From positions 1-64,000 of the forward strand of contig JBCBZT010000031.1 of assembly GCA_039815185.1 (NCBI GenBank): a DNA stretch of 64,000 nt. The letters are read 5' to 3'. Under the pieces are notes generated by a model, which saw only the letters and a list, made by a program, of their open reading frames with translations, did no database searches and was not told the origin of the DNA. Positions 53,211 to 62,405 of the stretch are shown here, in pieces (within the stretch, counting starts at the first letter, position 1; the number at the start of each line of letters is the position of its first letter). Both the position numbers and the translations under genes were made by a program. Source of the DNA: Cyanobacteria bacterium P01_A01_bin.123 (GTDB taxonomy: Bacteria; Cyanobacteriota; Cyanobacteriia; Phormidesmidales; Phormidesmidaceae).

Positions 53211-54275
53211 TCAACGAAATAGCCGAAATGGCGATAAAATCAGGCCCAAGGGACTGAAGATGCCGCCAACGGTGTCGGAAAACGCAGCCATGCCTGAGCG
53301 TCCTACCAGCACTACATCGTTATTGCGTAGGGATGGGTTCGTGTCTTCATTGATGCCTTGGTTGAAGGCGATCGGGACAGTGCGTTGCGAAACTGTACCA
53401 TCTGGGTTCAGCCGCACCAGTTCGACTTCGTTGATATTGGCGCGTCGGGGGTCAAAACCACCCGCTGCCAATAGGGCTTGGTTTAGCGGTGCATTGGGTG
53501 GAATCTCAACCGTACCGGGGGCGGTGACTTCGCCCACTATCGTGACTTGAATGGTGTCAGGCGAAAAATTAGCCGCTGATAGCTGGGTGACTTCTTGGGG
53601 GGTTAGGGCTGTGGCTGTGGGAATATTAATGGCATCCCCGTGGCGGAGGGTGATGTCATTTTGAATGTCGCCCGTTGCCAAGATATCCCACAAATTAATT
53701 TGAATAACCTGTTCGCTACCCGAAGATTGAGGGCGACGGATTTCAATTTGTTGAACATTGGCTTGTTCAGTAATCCCGCCGGATAGCTGAATCGCTTCAA
53801 TCACTGTGGGCCATTCAATGATGCCGTTGCTGCCTTGTTCAGTCACTGGGATTTCATACGAACCGGGGCGGTTAATCTCACCTGAAATGCCGATTTGGAT
53901 GGGGCGCGGAGCCACTAGATCGACGGTAACTAAGGGCGTTCTCAAATAGGAATCATAAGCATTTTGAATGGCTTGGGTGGCAGCTTCAAGGGTCAACCCG
54001 GCAACAGGTAATTTGCCAATTAACGGTAAGTTGATAGACCCATCCACTAAGACCTGTTCTTCGCTGTTGTATTCCGGTACATTGAAAAACTCGAGCGAAA
54101 GTCGATCGCCAGGGCCCAGTAAATAACTGGCATCAATAGTCTGGCTTGTTGATACGCTAGGGGCTGCTGAACTGGGTTCAGGGTCGGGTAGAGATTCAAC
54201 CTGAGCGCTGGCCAGGGGAGATAAAGGGAACCCTATCAGCGTGCTCAGACCGGCCGAAAGTAAAAAAGCTTTCAT
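53211..54275 (-). CDS. wza: Polysaccharide export protein (Wza-like, SLBB domains)
   Basis: YLLGPGD, DGSINLPLIG, GEINRPG, AAGG; amphipathic C-terminus. Confidence 0.9.
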   Translation of the reverse strand: MKAFLLSAGLSTLIGFPLSPLASAQVESLPDPEPSSAAPSVSTSQTIDASYLLGPGDRLSLEFFNVPEYNSEEQVLVDGSINLPLIGKLPVAGLTLEAATQAIQNAYDSYLRTPLVTVDLVAPRPIQIGISGEINRPGSYEIPVTEQGSNGIIEWPTVIEAIQLSGGITEQANVQQIEIRRPQSSGSEQVIQINLWDILATGDIQNDITLRHGDAINIPTATALTPQEVTQLSAANFSPDTIQVTIVGEVTAPGTVEIPPNAPLNQALLAAGGFDPRRANINEVELVRLNPDGTVSQRTVPIAFNQGINEDTNPSLRNNDVVLVGRSGMAAFSDTVGGIFSPLGLILSPFRLFR

Positions 54276-54642
54276 AGGATGCGCTGCTATCGGTAGACAC
54301 TGTACATCGAGAACTGATATTGCTTTGCGTCACCTAATCAGTAAGGAGTAGAGCTAATAAGGAACATACAAAGGCCCAAAAAGCCTAACAACGATAAACC
54401 CTGATAGAGACCATCGGCGTCATCAACACGATGGCTCTAGAAAATATAGCAAGCATTTAATAGGTTGCAACTTTTATCCGCTCGCGTCACATTTCGTATC
54501 GTCCCTATTCTGCTTTGAATTATCCAATTAATGCACAGTAGAAACGCACAATAGGTTAGTGCACCACAGAATCGTTTTGGTGCGATCGCGTTCAGATGAA
54601 ACAAGGTATTTAGCCTACACCCACAATCATAAAGACTGACCG

Positions 54643-57171
54643 CTAAGTGGGTATCGGTTGCAGTCGCCGATATCCACCTAATCCAAACACCCACACCCCG
54701 ACAACGATCCAGTGGATCAGCGTTGGCAACCACAGCGACCCCGTTTGCAAATAAACCAGACTGCAAGTGAGTCCCAATAAACCAGCCAGGGTCAGAAAGC
54801 TGGGGTCAAAAAAGGTCGGCTTCCCGGTTGGATAAAACGTCAGGGCGTTGAGCGGGTGGTACACCACAAATAACGCCAAGCTAATGGCGAGCCAAATCCC
54901 CAGGGTGTGGGGCTGTACCGCTTCAGTGGGGTGGGGCAACAGCAGCACGCGAAACACAACTTCTTCTAACAGCGCCGGCAAAATCAGCAGCTTTAGCCAT
55001 CCGCGAACCAGGGCATCGGGGGCGAGGCCCAAATCTTTAATTGGGTTTGTCGGCTGTAAAAATTCCCGCCAGCGACCGATGGGCCAAGCGATCGCACCGT
55101 AAATCCCTAACCCCACCAAGGTCACCCCCCAGTCTCGCCACCCAGGCAGTCGTAAACTTTCAAACAGTCTTGAAAAGGCGGTGGGAATGACGACATACTG
55201 ACCCAACAGTTCGGTGGGGGCGAGTGGTTCAATCGTTGGGTCAACCCCGCCGACTTGTTGGGTGCGCAAAATCCACAGTTCGGCCCCCTGATTGAGAAAG
55301 ATATTGGCTAACTCGTCGTAGGCCACGCGCGGAATAACCGTGCGCCAGCTTAGCAGTGAGGTCAACCAGTTGGGTTGATTGCCCAGGTCGCGATTGGGGC
55401 GAATCCCCGCCAACACTTGCGAATTTTGTCGCCAGTCGGGGCGTAAAATGCCCAGCGGTACCAGTTTGTTGATCAGCAGTTCCCTCAGCGCCACCAGTTG
55501 GGCAAACCGCTGGGTTTGAACGTCATTGGGGTGGTCTTGTAGCCACTGGCCAATTTCTGGGGTGGCTTGCACTAGGCGTTCTAGTTGGGCGATGGTTTCC
55601 ACCACGGCCTGGCTCGAATCTTGGACACAAGACTGGGCGGGTTTGACAATCGCTGCCCCAGTACCGTCTCCCGTGCGGTAGCGGGCCATCATAATGTTGA
55701 GCTGCCGCTGTAGTTCAGCCATCGGTGACAGGGTAATCTCGCCAAATCGATAGTCTTGAGTCAGCGCCTCTAGTTTGACCAGCGTATCGGCGACGGGGCG
55801 TAGCCCCAGCCAACCCCGCTGCAAATGTCCCATGTAGTCAGCCCAGCTGATTTTGCCCGCCACAATCCCGTCTGGGTTGTGGGCATAAACCTGGTTGTAG
55901 GTCATCTCAAATCGGGGCATTTGGGTAAAAGGATCGGTAACGACCTCAGCTACGCCGTAGGCAAAGTGACCGCTTACCGTCCCCGGCAGCGCTTTGGGTT
56001 CGGCCCTTTCGCCGCCCACGCCACCAAAGATGTGAATTGCCAAAGCGCGATCGCCCACTTGCCAATTGGGTGAGTCGGGGGCGGCCTTAGGATCGCTGGG
56101 GTCAAGCCAAACAGTTTGCAGGCTCCCTTTCCGTTCCGGGGTGTCGCGCCAGTTGCGAAAGTTGACGTAGTTGAGGCTGGGGATTTCGCCCGCGATCGCG
56201 GTTTGGAGGTCAAGCAAAAATAATGACCGGGGCGCGATCGCCCGCACTACAAACAGGCCATCGCGATCCTGCGCCCCGTAGATGTACCACCCATCACTGC
56301 CTGCTGGAGACGCCTCCAGATCAGCCGGGGTCGATTGAAACCTGCCGCTGGCAGGTAACACCTGGGGAATGCGGACTGTTTCTTCTACCCCGTCAAACTG
56401 GCGAGAGACGGGGTTATAGTGGCGTACCCGAAACTGTTCGTTTACGCAGGGCTCAACCGTTGGACATTGTGCAGCCCGAATCGCTTCGGTGTCATCAGCT
56501 TCAGGCCCCAAAACTTGCACCAGACCGTAGAACCGAGCCGGAACCTGCACCGGGGCGCTGTCAATTTGCAGCTCGTCCCTAGGCGTCTGAGTAACCCCAG
56601 CTAAGGCAACAATGACATCGTCTTGAGGCCGTGCCCCGGCTAAAGATTGCAGTGGTCCAACCTGGGGCCAGCCGTTGAGCCGTTCCGGGTGGACATTGCC
56701 TTGGTGCTGATGGGCGATCGCTTCTGCGCTAAACTGAATGCTGCGAGTCACCGTATCCAGATAGGCCTGCCGATCAGGCGTAACCCGCCATTCTAATCGT
56801 AAGATTTGCCCAATCAGGGTTTGCGCTTCCGGGGGAGCTTGGTAAATCTCTACCCAGACCCAGTCTAAGCGTTGAGGTTCCGCTTGAATTTGGTCGGGGC
56901 TGGGCAAAATCAGCCGCCCGACCCAGGGCGCAACGGGGCGATAGAGATCTAAATCGACGGATTGGGAAACGGGATAATAGCTGGGGTCGTTGAAGGGAGA
57001 TTCGGATGCGATCGCGTACTTAGAAAGTTTCGCTGGGGGTAAATCGCTCTCGTGGGCAGCACCGCACCCTACTGTAATCGCCATCATCAGCCAAAAAGCT
57101 AGGCTGCAAACAACCCAGCGATACCAGCGGGACTGTTGCCAGCGTCGGCGCAAACGGCTAAGCATAACCAA
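54643..57171 (-). CDS. Large cyanobacterial protein with C-terminal CAAX protease (CPBP/Abi) domain
   Basis: ALLEEVVFR, FVVYH, LIHW motifs; long soluble N-terminal region after a signal/lipobox-like VGC. Confidence 0.85.
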   Translation of the reverse strand: MVMLSRLRRRWQQSRWYRWVVCSLAFWLMMAITVGCGAAHESDLPPAKLSKYAIASESPFNDPSYYPVSQSVDLDLYRPVAPWVGRLILPSPDQIQAEPQRLDWVWVEIYQAPPEAQTLIGQILRLEWRVTPDRQAYLDTVTRSIQFSAEAIAHQHQGNVHPERLNGWPQVGPLQSLAGARPQDDVIVALAGVTQTPRDELQIDSAPVQVPARFYGLVQVLGPEADDTEAIRAAQCPTVEPCVNEQFRVRHYNPVSRQFDGVEETVRIPQVLPASGRFQSTPADLEASPAGSDGWYIYGAQDRDGLFVVRAIAPRSLFLLDLQTAIAGEIPSLNYVNFRNWRDTPERKGSLQTVWLDPSDPKAAPDSPNWQVGDRALAIHIFGGVGGERAEPKALPGTVSGHFAYGVAEVVTDPFTQMPRFEMTYNQVYAHNPDGIVAGKISWADYMGHLQRGWLGLRPVADTLVKLEALTQDYRFGEITLSPMAELQRQLNIMMARYRTGDGTGAAIVKPAQSCVQDSSQAVVETIAQLERLVQATPEIGQWLQDHPNDVQTQRFAQLVALRELLINKLVPLGILRPDWRQNSQVLAGIRPNRDLGNQPNWLTSLLSWRTVIPRVAYDELANIFLNQGAELWILRTQQVGGVDPTIEPLAPTELLGQYVVIPTAFSRLFESLRLPGWRDWGVTLVGLGIYGAIAWPIGRWREFLQPTNPIKDLGLAPDALVRGWLKLLILPALLEEVVFRVLLLPHPTEAVQPHTLGIWLAISLALFVVYHPLNALTFYPTGKPTFFDPSFLTLAGLLGLTCSLVYLQTGSLWLPTLIHWIVVGVWVFGLGGYRRLQPIPT

Positions 57172-57269
57172 CCAAGCGGAAATTTACCGCCATACCGTAC
57201 CACAAATAGTTATCATCATCAGCCTCATAAAATATCTAGAAAAGCTGAGCTTACCTTGATCCAAATCGA

Positions 57270-57833
57270 TTAAACTCGTAACCAGCCAAACAGCTTTTCG
57301 ACAGTAATGCTCAGCATTTCTGCAAAGTCAGGAGCCATTATCTCAGCTGTTGGTTGACTAAATAATTTAGGTTGACGATGTCTGGGATAGGCTAAAACAG
57401 ACCGTTCTTCCGGATCGACAAGCCATCCCATCTGGCAACCATGCTCTAAGCAGTGCAAGATATTGTCAGTTACTTTCGTTGTACTTTGGTTAGGTGAAAG
57501 AATCTCAATCACCCAATCGGGACAGATGGGAAAAACATTGGCAATATCCCCACTTTCATCTACTGGAATGCGACTTTTGAGGACGACGACAATATCAGGA
57601 ACGATAGAGCGACCAGCAAAGGTGCAACGGAGTTCAGGAAAGGACTCAGCAACATTGTCAGATTCGACGACATCATTGATCGCATTGATCAGTTTTCGTT
57701 GCAGTCGGCTATGCTTTCCCTGAGGCATGGGTTTTTGAATAACTTGCCCATTGATATATTCACTGGCTGGAGCTGTTTCGGGCAGTTCAAGGAATGCCTG
57801 CAAACTTATGGATTTGGCGGGTGTCTGCACCAT
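57270..57833 (-). CDS. Uma2 family endonuclease-fold protein
   Basis: PASEYING, KPMPQGKHS, PELRCTF, PDWVIEILSP. Confidence 0.93.
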   Translation of the reverse strand: MVQTPAKSISLQAFLELPETAPASEYINGQVIQKPMPQGKHSRLQRKLINAINDVVESDNVAESFPELRCTFAGRSIVPDIVVVLKSRIPVDESGDIANVFPICPDWVIEILSPNQSTTKVTDNILHCLEHGCQMGWLVDPEERSVLAYPRHRQPKLFSQPTAEIMAPDFAEMLSITVEKLFGWLRV

Positions 57834-57900
57834 AGGGGCTGGCCAGTGAAAACGGTTGAGGATATTCTAGCGTAGCAGCCTCCACGAGCTAGAGTGAGTC

Positions 57901-58407
57901 CTATGAAGCTTCTGCTGGAAGTGCTTTTGCCCGTTCTTTAAAGCTTTCAAAATTAATCACATCTGAGGCTTTTGCGGCATCCCAAATGTCTTGAATCACA
58001 TCCGATAGCGGCGGCAACACCAGCAGCACCAATTGTCCAACCCCTTGATTTTGACGGTCGGCCACCTTCATGAGGTGGGGCATATCAGACCAGTCGGGCA
58101 TCACCAAAAATACTTCATTGTCTGTTGCCACCAAGTGTTTATCGTGCAGGCTGCTGTTAAGGTCTTGGGCGTCGAGAAACTGCACAATCTTCCGCACCAT
58201 TTGCAGTGAAATCTTTTGACGTAGATTGCTAATTGCCCGAATTTCCATCACCTGTTCCCAAGTGTAAATCACCGTCGGCTTCTTAGAATTGCCGTACTTT
58301 TGCGGCACGATTACACTGGTGCGGTCGAGGTAGGCCAAACGGCTCGATGTAGTGCGGGTGAGGGCTATGGTTTCTTGACGAGTGAAGCCTTCCATCGGAA
58401 TGGACAT
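57901..58407 (-). CDS. MerR-like HTH DNA-binding protein
   Basis: GFTRQET..LT..TSSRLAYLD...VIVP...YTWEQVMEIRAI..LR...SLQ.VRK. Confidence 0.75.
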   Translation of the reverse strand: MSIPMEGFTRQETIALTRTTSSRLAYLDRTSVIVPQKYGNSKKPTVIYTWEQVMEIRAISNLRQKISLQMVRKIVQFLDAQDLNSSLHDKHLVATDNEVFLVMPDWSDMPHLMKVADRQNQGVGQLVLLVLPPLSDVIQDIWDAAKASDVINFESFKERAKALPAEAS

Positions 58408-58410
58408 ATA

Positions 58411-58457
58411 GTACGTTGTTTACCATGATACCCAACGTACACACCCATAAACGTTGT
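58411..58457. promoter_or_regulatory. Putative autoregulatory operator and promoter
   Basis: GTACGTTG-N14-CAACGTAC immediately upstream of the start; minus-strand TATCAT in the spacer; third half-site ACGTTG at about 58451. Confidence 0.6.
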
Positions 58458-58458
58458 T

Positions 58459-58890
58459 TTATTCTTTAACGAATTCAACGATGTTGCCATCAGGATCTGC
58501 AACCATCGCGATGGTTGTGCCATTGCCGAGTTGGGTAATCGGTATGGTGACACTGATCTTGTTCTGTTCCATCTTTCTCATGATCGCATCTATGTCTGAA
58601 ACAAGCAGGGTGATGTATCTATAGCCGAAGGCTGTCGGGATGCCTGTTGGACTCTGATGGGAGGGTATTTGATCCATCTCTAAGAGCTTAATCAACGACT
58701 GACCATGCTGGAGTTGAATCAACCGCCCTTTGCCAATCAGCGAGGTGGTAACTTCCCCGACGACCTGCAAACCGATTAAGTCACGATAAAAGCCAAGGGC
58801 TTGTTCCATGTTGGTTACAACAACCCCAACATCAATGGCGATTCGTGGGAGCGAAACGGGTTCAGTTTGGGTTGAATTAACGACATCCAT
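58459..58890 (-). CDS. VOC/glyoxalase family protein
   Basis: GVVVTNMEQALGFYRDLIG...DPDGNIVEF. Confidence 0.9.
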   Translation of the reverse strand: MDVVNSTQTEPVSLPRIAIDVGVVVTNMEQALGFYRDLIGLQVVGEVTTSLIGKGRLIQLQHGQSLIKLLEMDQIPSHQSPTGIPTAFGYRYITLLVSDIDAIMRKMEQNKISVTIPITQLGNGTTIAMVADPDGNIVEFVKE

Positions 58891-58911
58891 AGGTGTTGCA
58901 AGGTCGGTTGA

Positions 58912-59388
58912 CTATATCTTCATCTTCAACACTTTGCGAAACGCGACCTTATCATCACCCGCTGCGTAAAAATCGCGGATGCGCGCTTCCTCCTTGAAGC
59001 CGCATTTTGCGTAAAACATTCGCGTGCGCTCGAAGTCTGGCAGTCCTGAGGTGTCCACCAGCAGCAAACGTCCACCGCGGGCTATCAATGTCTGCTCGAC
59101 GTAGCTTAGCAGTTTCGTTCCGCGTCCTTGACCCTGGCGATCGGGATGAATGGCGATCAATTGTAGGTTCCAAGTCTGGTCTGTCATCCGTTCTGGTTCG
59201 CAGTAGGCCACGCCCACCGGGCCATTATCGTCGTCTGTAATCCAAAAGGGGGCCGTGGCGCTGTCTTGGTCTAAAGCATCGGCCAACATCTGGCGCAACA
59301 GATCTAATCCACTCGGCGGGAAGAGGCCAGTTGCATCTGCTAAAGCAATCAGGGCGGTTGTGTCATCGGGGGTGGTTGGGCGAATCAT
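58912..59388 (-). CDS. GNAT acetyltransferase
   Basis: MIRPTTPDD, IAIHPDRQGQGRG, FYAKCGF. Confidence 0.92.
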   Translation of the reverse strand: MIRPTTPDDTTALIALADATGLFPPSGLDLLRQMLADALDQDSATAPFWITDDDNGPVGVAYCEPERMTDQTWNLQLIAIHPDRQGQGRGTKLLSYVEQTLIARGGRLLLVDTSGLPDFERTRMFYAKCGFKEEARIRDFYAAGDDKVAFRKVLKMKI

Positions 59389-59510
59389 GGGGCAATCGCG
59401 ATTAGGATCGATAAATCCCATTTATCGTACTACAAAATACTACAAATGCGGATTGCCTGATTTTGTAGGTTCAAAGATAGTTGATGCAGCTTGCCAGACG
59501 CGCGATCGCC

Positions 59511-61097
59511 CTAGATTTGTAGCGTTTGGCGCAACCGAACCTGGTCTTCAGGAATCATGCTAAACCGACCTTTTTCGACATCACGTACCCAACTCTGGCT
59601 TTTGCCAAGGCGTTCGGCTAGGGCACGTTGGGTAAAGTTTTGGCGTTGGCGAGCCGCTTTGATGGCGCTCCCCGAGAGTTGCGCGACTTGGGTTTTAGGA
59701 GACTGTCGGCGTTGACGCTTGGGTTCGCGACGACGTACGGTTTGTTGCCAGTCTTCCGACAGCTCAAACCCTAAGATTCGAGCATTCAGCAACCGCTGCC
59801 ATTTGTCTCGGGGTGCTGTATCTGTCAGGCTGCGGGCCTGATTGGCATCTTTGACCCAAAAATCGAGGGCATCGTCCACATCGTCAGGAATATCAACGGC
59901 CTTGGCCCACAACGGCTGAATATCAAGCGGATAGGTCTCTGGATCAAATACGGGTTTTAGACCGTAGTAGTAAATGGTTTCCAGGTCGCTTTCAAAGGTC
60001 TTGAGCAAACGCTTGTGAGCGCCTCGCACGGTGGTTGCCTCAGTTAATCGTGTTTCACCATAGGCGATGCGTAGCAGGGTACGCACGGTTAATCGATGGT
60101 CACCCCCCAATCGCAGCTTAAACAACAACCACAGGAGCAAGCGGATAGCGCCTTCATGTTGCTGCCAGTTGCTCATGATTTCTGTCAGCAGGGATTGGGG
60201 TAAGGTGCCGTACTGGTAGAAGGCGATTTGGCGACGGTAGTCTCGCTTGTTGAGAAAGTGTTGAGACCAGATACCAGCTTGCAGCGTAAAGCTGAGGCCG
60301 ATCAGGTGGCGAGCGCCCTGGGCATCTTCTTCAAAATGATATTCGGTGTCCAGCAAATGCCAGATTGGATGTTCATCTAGGGTAAAGGCGGGGACTTTGC
60401 CCTGGGAGGGCCAGTCGAGGGTGACGAGAAGCTGGCAAGATTGGTAAACCAGCGTTTTGATCAGGGTCAGTTTGTCGAGTTTGGTGAGGTCTTTGCGCTT
60501 ATTGAGTCCTAAATATTGCTCAATGTGCTGATCGTTTAACACAAAAGACTCTTCCCAAGGGCAGTCGAGGGTGGCGGCGTAAGCGGCAAAAATTAAGTGA
60601 ATACAGGTGGCGCGGATATCAAAGTTTGCGATCGCATCTGTTGCCTCAGACTCAGCCATCGGCACTAGAGAGTCGGCTTCGGGGTCTGCCGCCAAGCGAA
60701 ACTGCATTTCTCCTCGACCGCGATGCACCGAACGACGGTAGCAGAATTGGCCGTCGCTATGGGTGTGCCAAGGCTGTCGCTGAGCCAAAACATTGCAGGC
60801 TTCCCAAACCACCATGGATGATGCGAAGGATGCCGTTTTGCCATTGAGGAAGATGGCAGGAATAGCGGGAGGTAGGAGGGTACTTTTGAGACGTCCTTTT
60901 TTGGGTTGCAGGGGTTTTAACGACCCGACGCTACAGGCTTCAACGCAGCGAGGAATTGCTAAATCTGGGCACCCATCGCACAGGGTGGGATCAATCCAAT
61001 AGCCTTCCCGTTCAGTTTCAGGTTTGATGGCCCCATTGGGGCATTGGGGCTGACAGCTATCGCAGATGATGCAGTTGTCTTTGATGGTATAAGGCAT
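59511..61097 (-). CDS. patB: CnfR/PatB-like transcriptional regulator (N-terminal 4Fe-4S ferredoxin, C-terminal XRE HTH)
   Basis: CIICDSCQPQCP and IDPTLCDGC...CVEAC; C-terminal IKAARQRQNFTQRALAERLGKSQSWVRDVEKGR; about 530 aa. Confidence 0.85.
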   Translation of the reverse strand: MPYTIKDNCIICDSCQPQCPNGAIKPETEREGYWIDPTLCDGCPDLAIPRCVEACSVGSLKPLQPKKGRLKSTLLPPAIPAIFLNGKTASFASSMVVWEACNVLAQRQPWHTHSDGQFCYRRSVHRGRGEMQFRLAADPEADSLVPMAESEATDAIANFDIRATCIHLIFAAYAATLDCPWEESFVLNDQHIEQYLGLNKRKDLTKLDKLTLIKTLVYQSCQLLVTLDWPSQGKVPAFTLDEHPIWHLLDTEYHFEEDAQGARHLIGLSFTLQAGIWSQHFLNKRDYRRQIAFYQYGTLPQSLLTEIMSNWQQHEGAIRLLLWLLFKLRLGGDHRLTVRTLLRIAYGETRLTEATTVRGAHKRLLKTFESDLETIYYYGLKPVFDPETYPLDIQPLWAKAVDIPDDVDDALDFWVKDANQARSLTDTAPRDKWQRLLNARILGFELSEDWQQTVRRREPKRQRRQSPKTQVAQLSGSAIKAARQRQNFTQRALAERLGKSQSWVRDVEKGRFSMIPEDQVRLRQTLQI

Positions 61098-61893
61098 GGG
61101 CAAAATTCACCTACTGATCAACTTGGTAGGCCGGGGGGCTATTGACTGGATTGATGGAAATGAATTGATAAACTCCTCTGTTAGCGCTGCTTGATATCTC
61201 ATGCAGGCAAATTCAGTAGGAAATAAACTAGCTAAACCCCATCCGATTTGAAACCTGGAGTTTTAACTTAAGGAAAAACTGTGGATCTGGATGTGGACGC
61301 GGTTTATCAGAAGTCGGCAGGACATTCTCCTGGTTGTGAACTCTGAAATTTAGCTCAATGAGAATGAGTTGAGTCAACTCTCTTAAAATTCTGATTTTCC
61401 TCAGAGAAAATATTTTGCCTTGGGTAGTAGCCCAACTCGTTAACCATAGAGAAATAGGGTTAATAACGATTGATTGGGCAGTTATCACAAACGGTTATTA
61501 TTTGAACCTCACGCTATTAGGGATAACAATCGAAGGGGGAGGCATTCTATGTCATTTGATACGGTTTAATACTTTTTTTAGACGTTGCTGAGGAGATGTT
61601 TAGAGTGGACTTTCTGGGGTTGGCGGTTAGTTACTCAGATCACGGTTTTCGAGGAAAAACGACCGATATTGATTTGATTTATGCTGTGCATTGAGAAAAT
61701 TTAGAGACTACATTCAGCTCAAATGCTTTACATTCGTACAACATTTATTGTGTCTAGAGGTTGGTATTACGCTTATGACTGCTTGATTGACAAAATACCG
61801 GAAACCGTCATTTTTCCGTAGGTTGGCGTTGAGCAAAGCGAAACTCAATAGCAAAGCAAGATTTGTCAATCAATCAGATTGGAGTCTTAATCA

Positions 61894-62289
61894 TCACGAT
61901 GGCCACTCGGGGTACTGGGGCGCTTGCCCACCGATGTGATCCCATGGTGCTTTTGAGTCCACAAATATATGGGCCGCAATTTCGACCCCTGGATCGCCGT
62001 TGACACAACCCAGCGTGACGCCTTTAACCGTGCCCCGAAAGATGCCGCACAGGGTTGAACCACAAACTCGACAGAAGGCTAGTCCCCAACCTTGCTTTGA
62101 GCTGAACTGTTGGAGTTTGTCTTCGCCAGCCGTCCACCGGAATTTGCTGGGGTCTGAAATTTCAGCAAAAGCGGATGATGCACCGCTAAATGCTTTGCGA
62201 CAGCGAGAACAGTGACATGCCCTGGCGTTTGTCAGTGGGCTGTCTATTTCGTATTGGATCGCCCCACAGAAGCATTCACCTGTAATCAT
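61894..62289 (-). CDS. GFA (CENP-V) family protein
   Basis: GECFCGAI, CHCSRCRK, FCRVCGS, HIFVDSKAPW. Confidence 0.92.
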   Translation of the reverse strand: MITGECFCGAIQYEIDSPLTNARACHCSRCRKAFSGASSAFAEISDPSKFRWTAGEDKLQQFSSKQGWGLAFCRVCGSTLCGIFRGTVKGVTLGCVNGDPGVEIAAHIFVDSKAPWDHIGGQAPQYPEWPS

Positions 62290-62405
62290 GCTGTGGCCTC
62301 CAAGTAGGGACGGTCTTCAGTACACATTATGATGATTGGCTATTGAGTTGAGCAATTAAATTACATTATGGGCATAATCATTTTATTGAGGGGAGCGTTA
62401 CCAAA

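Noticed and set aside
54437..54766. 109-aa ORF upstream of wza
   Set aside because: Overlaps the CAAX gene in another frame and has no recognisable motif; likely promoter DNA.
54643..57171. Anti-phage abortive infection system
   Set aside because: 'Abi' is a legacy name of the CPBP protease family; no defence context.
61228..61488. 86-aa ORF upstream of the cnfR-like gene
   Set aside because: No RBS or motif evident; AT-rich intergenic DNA.
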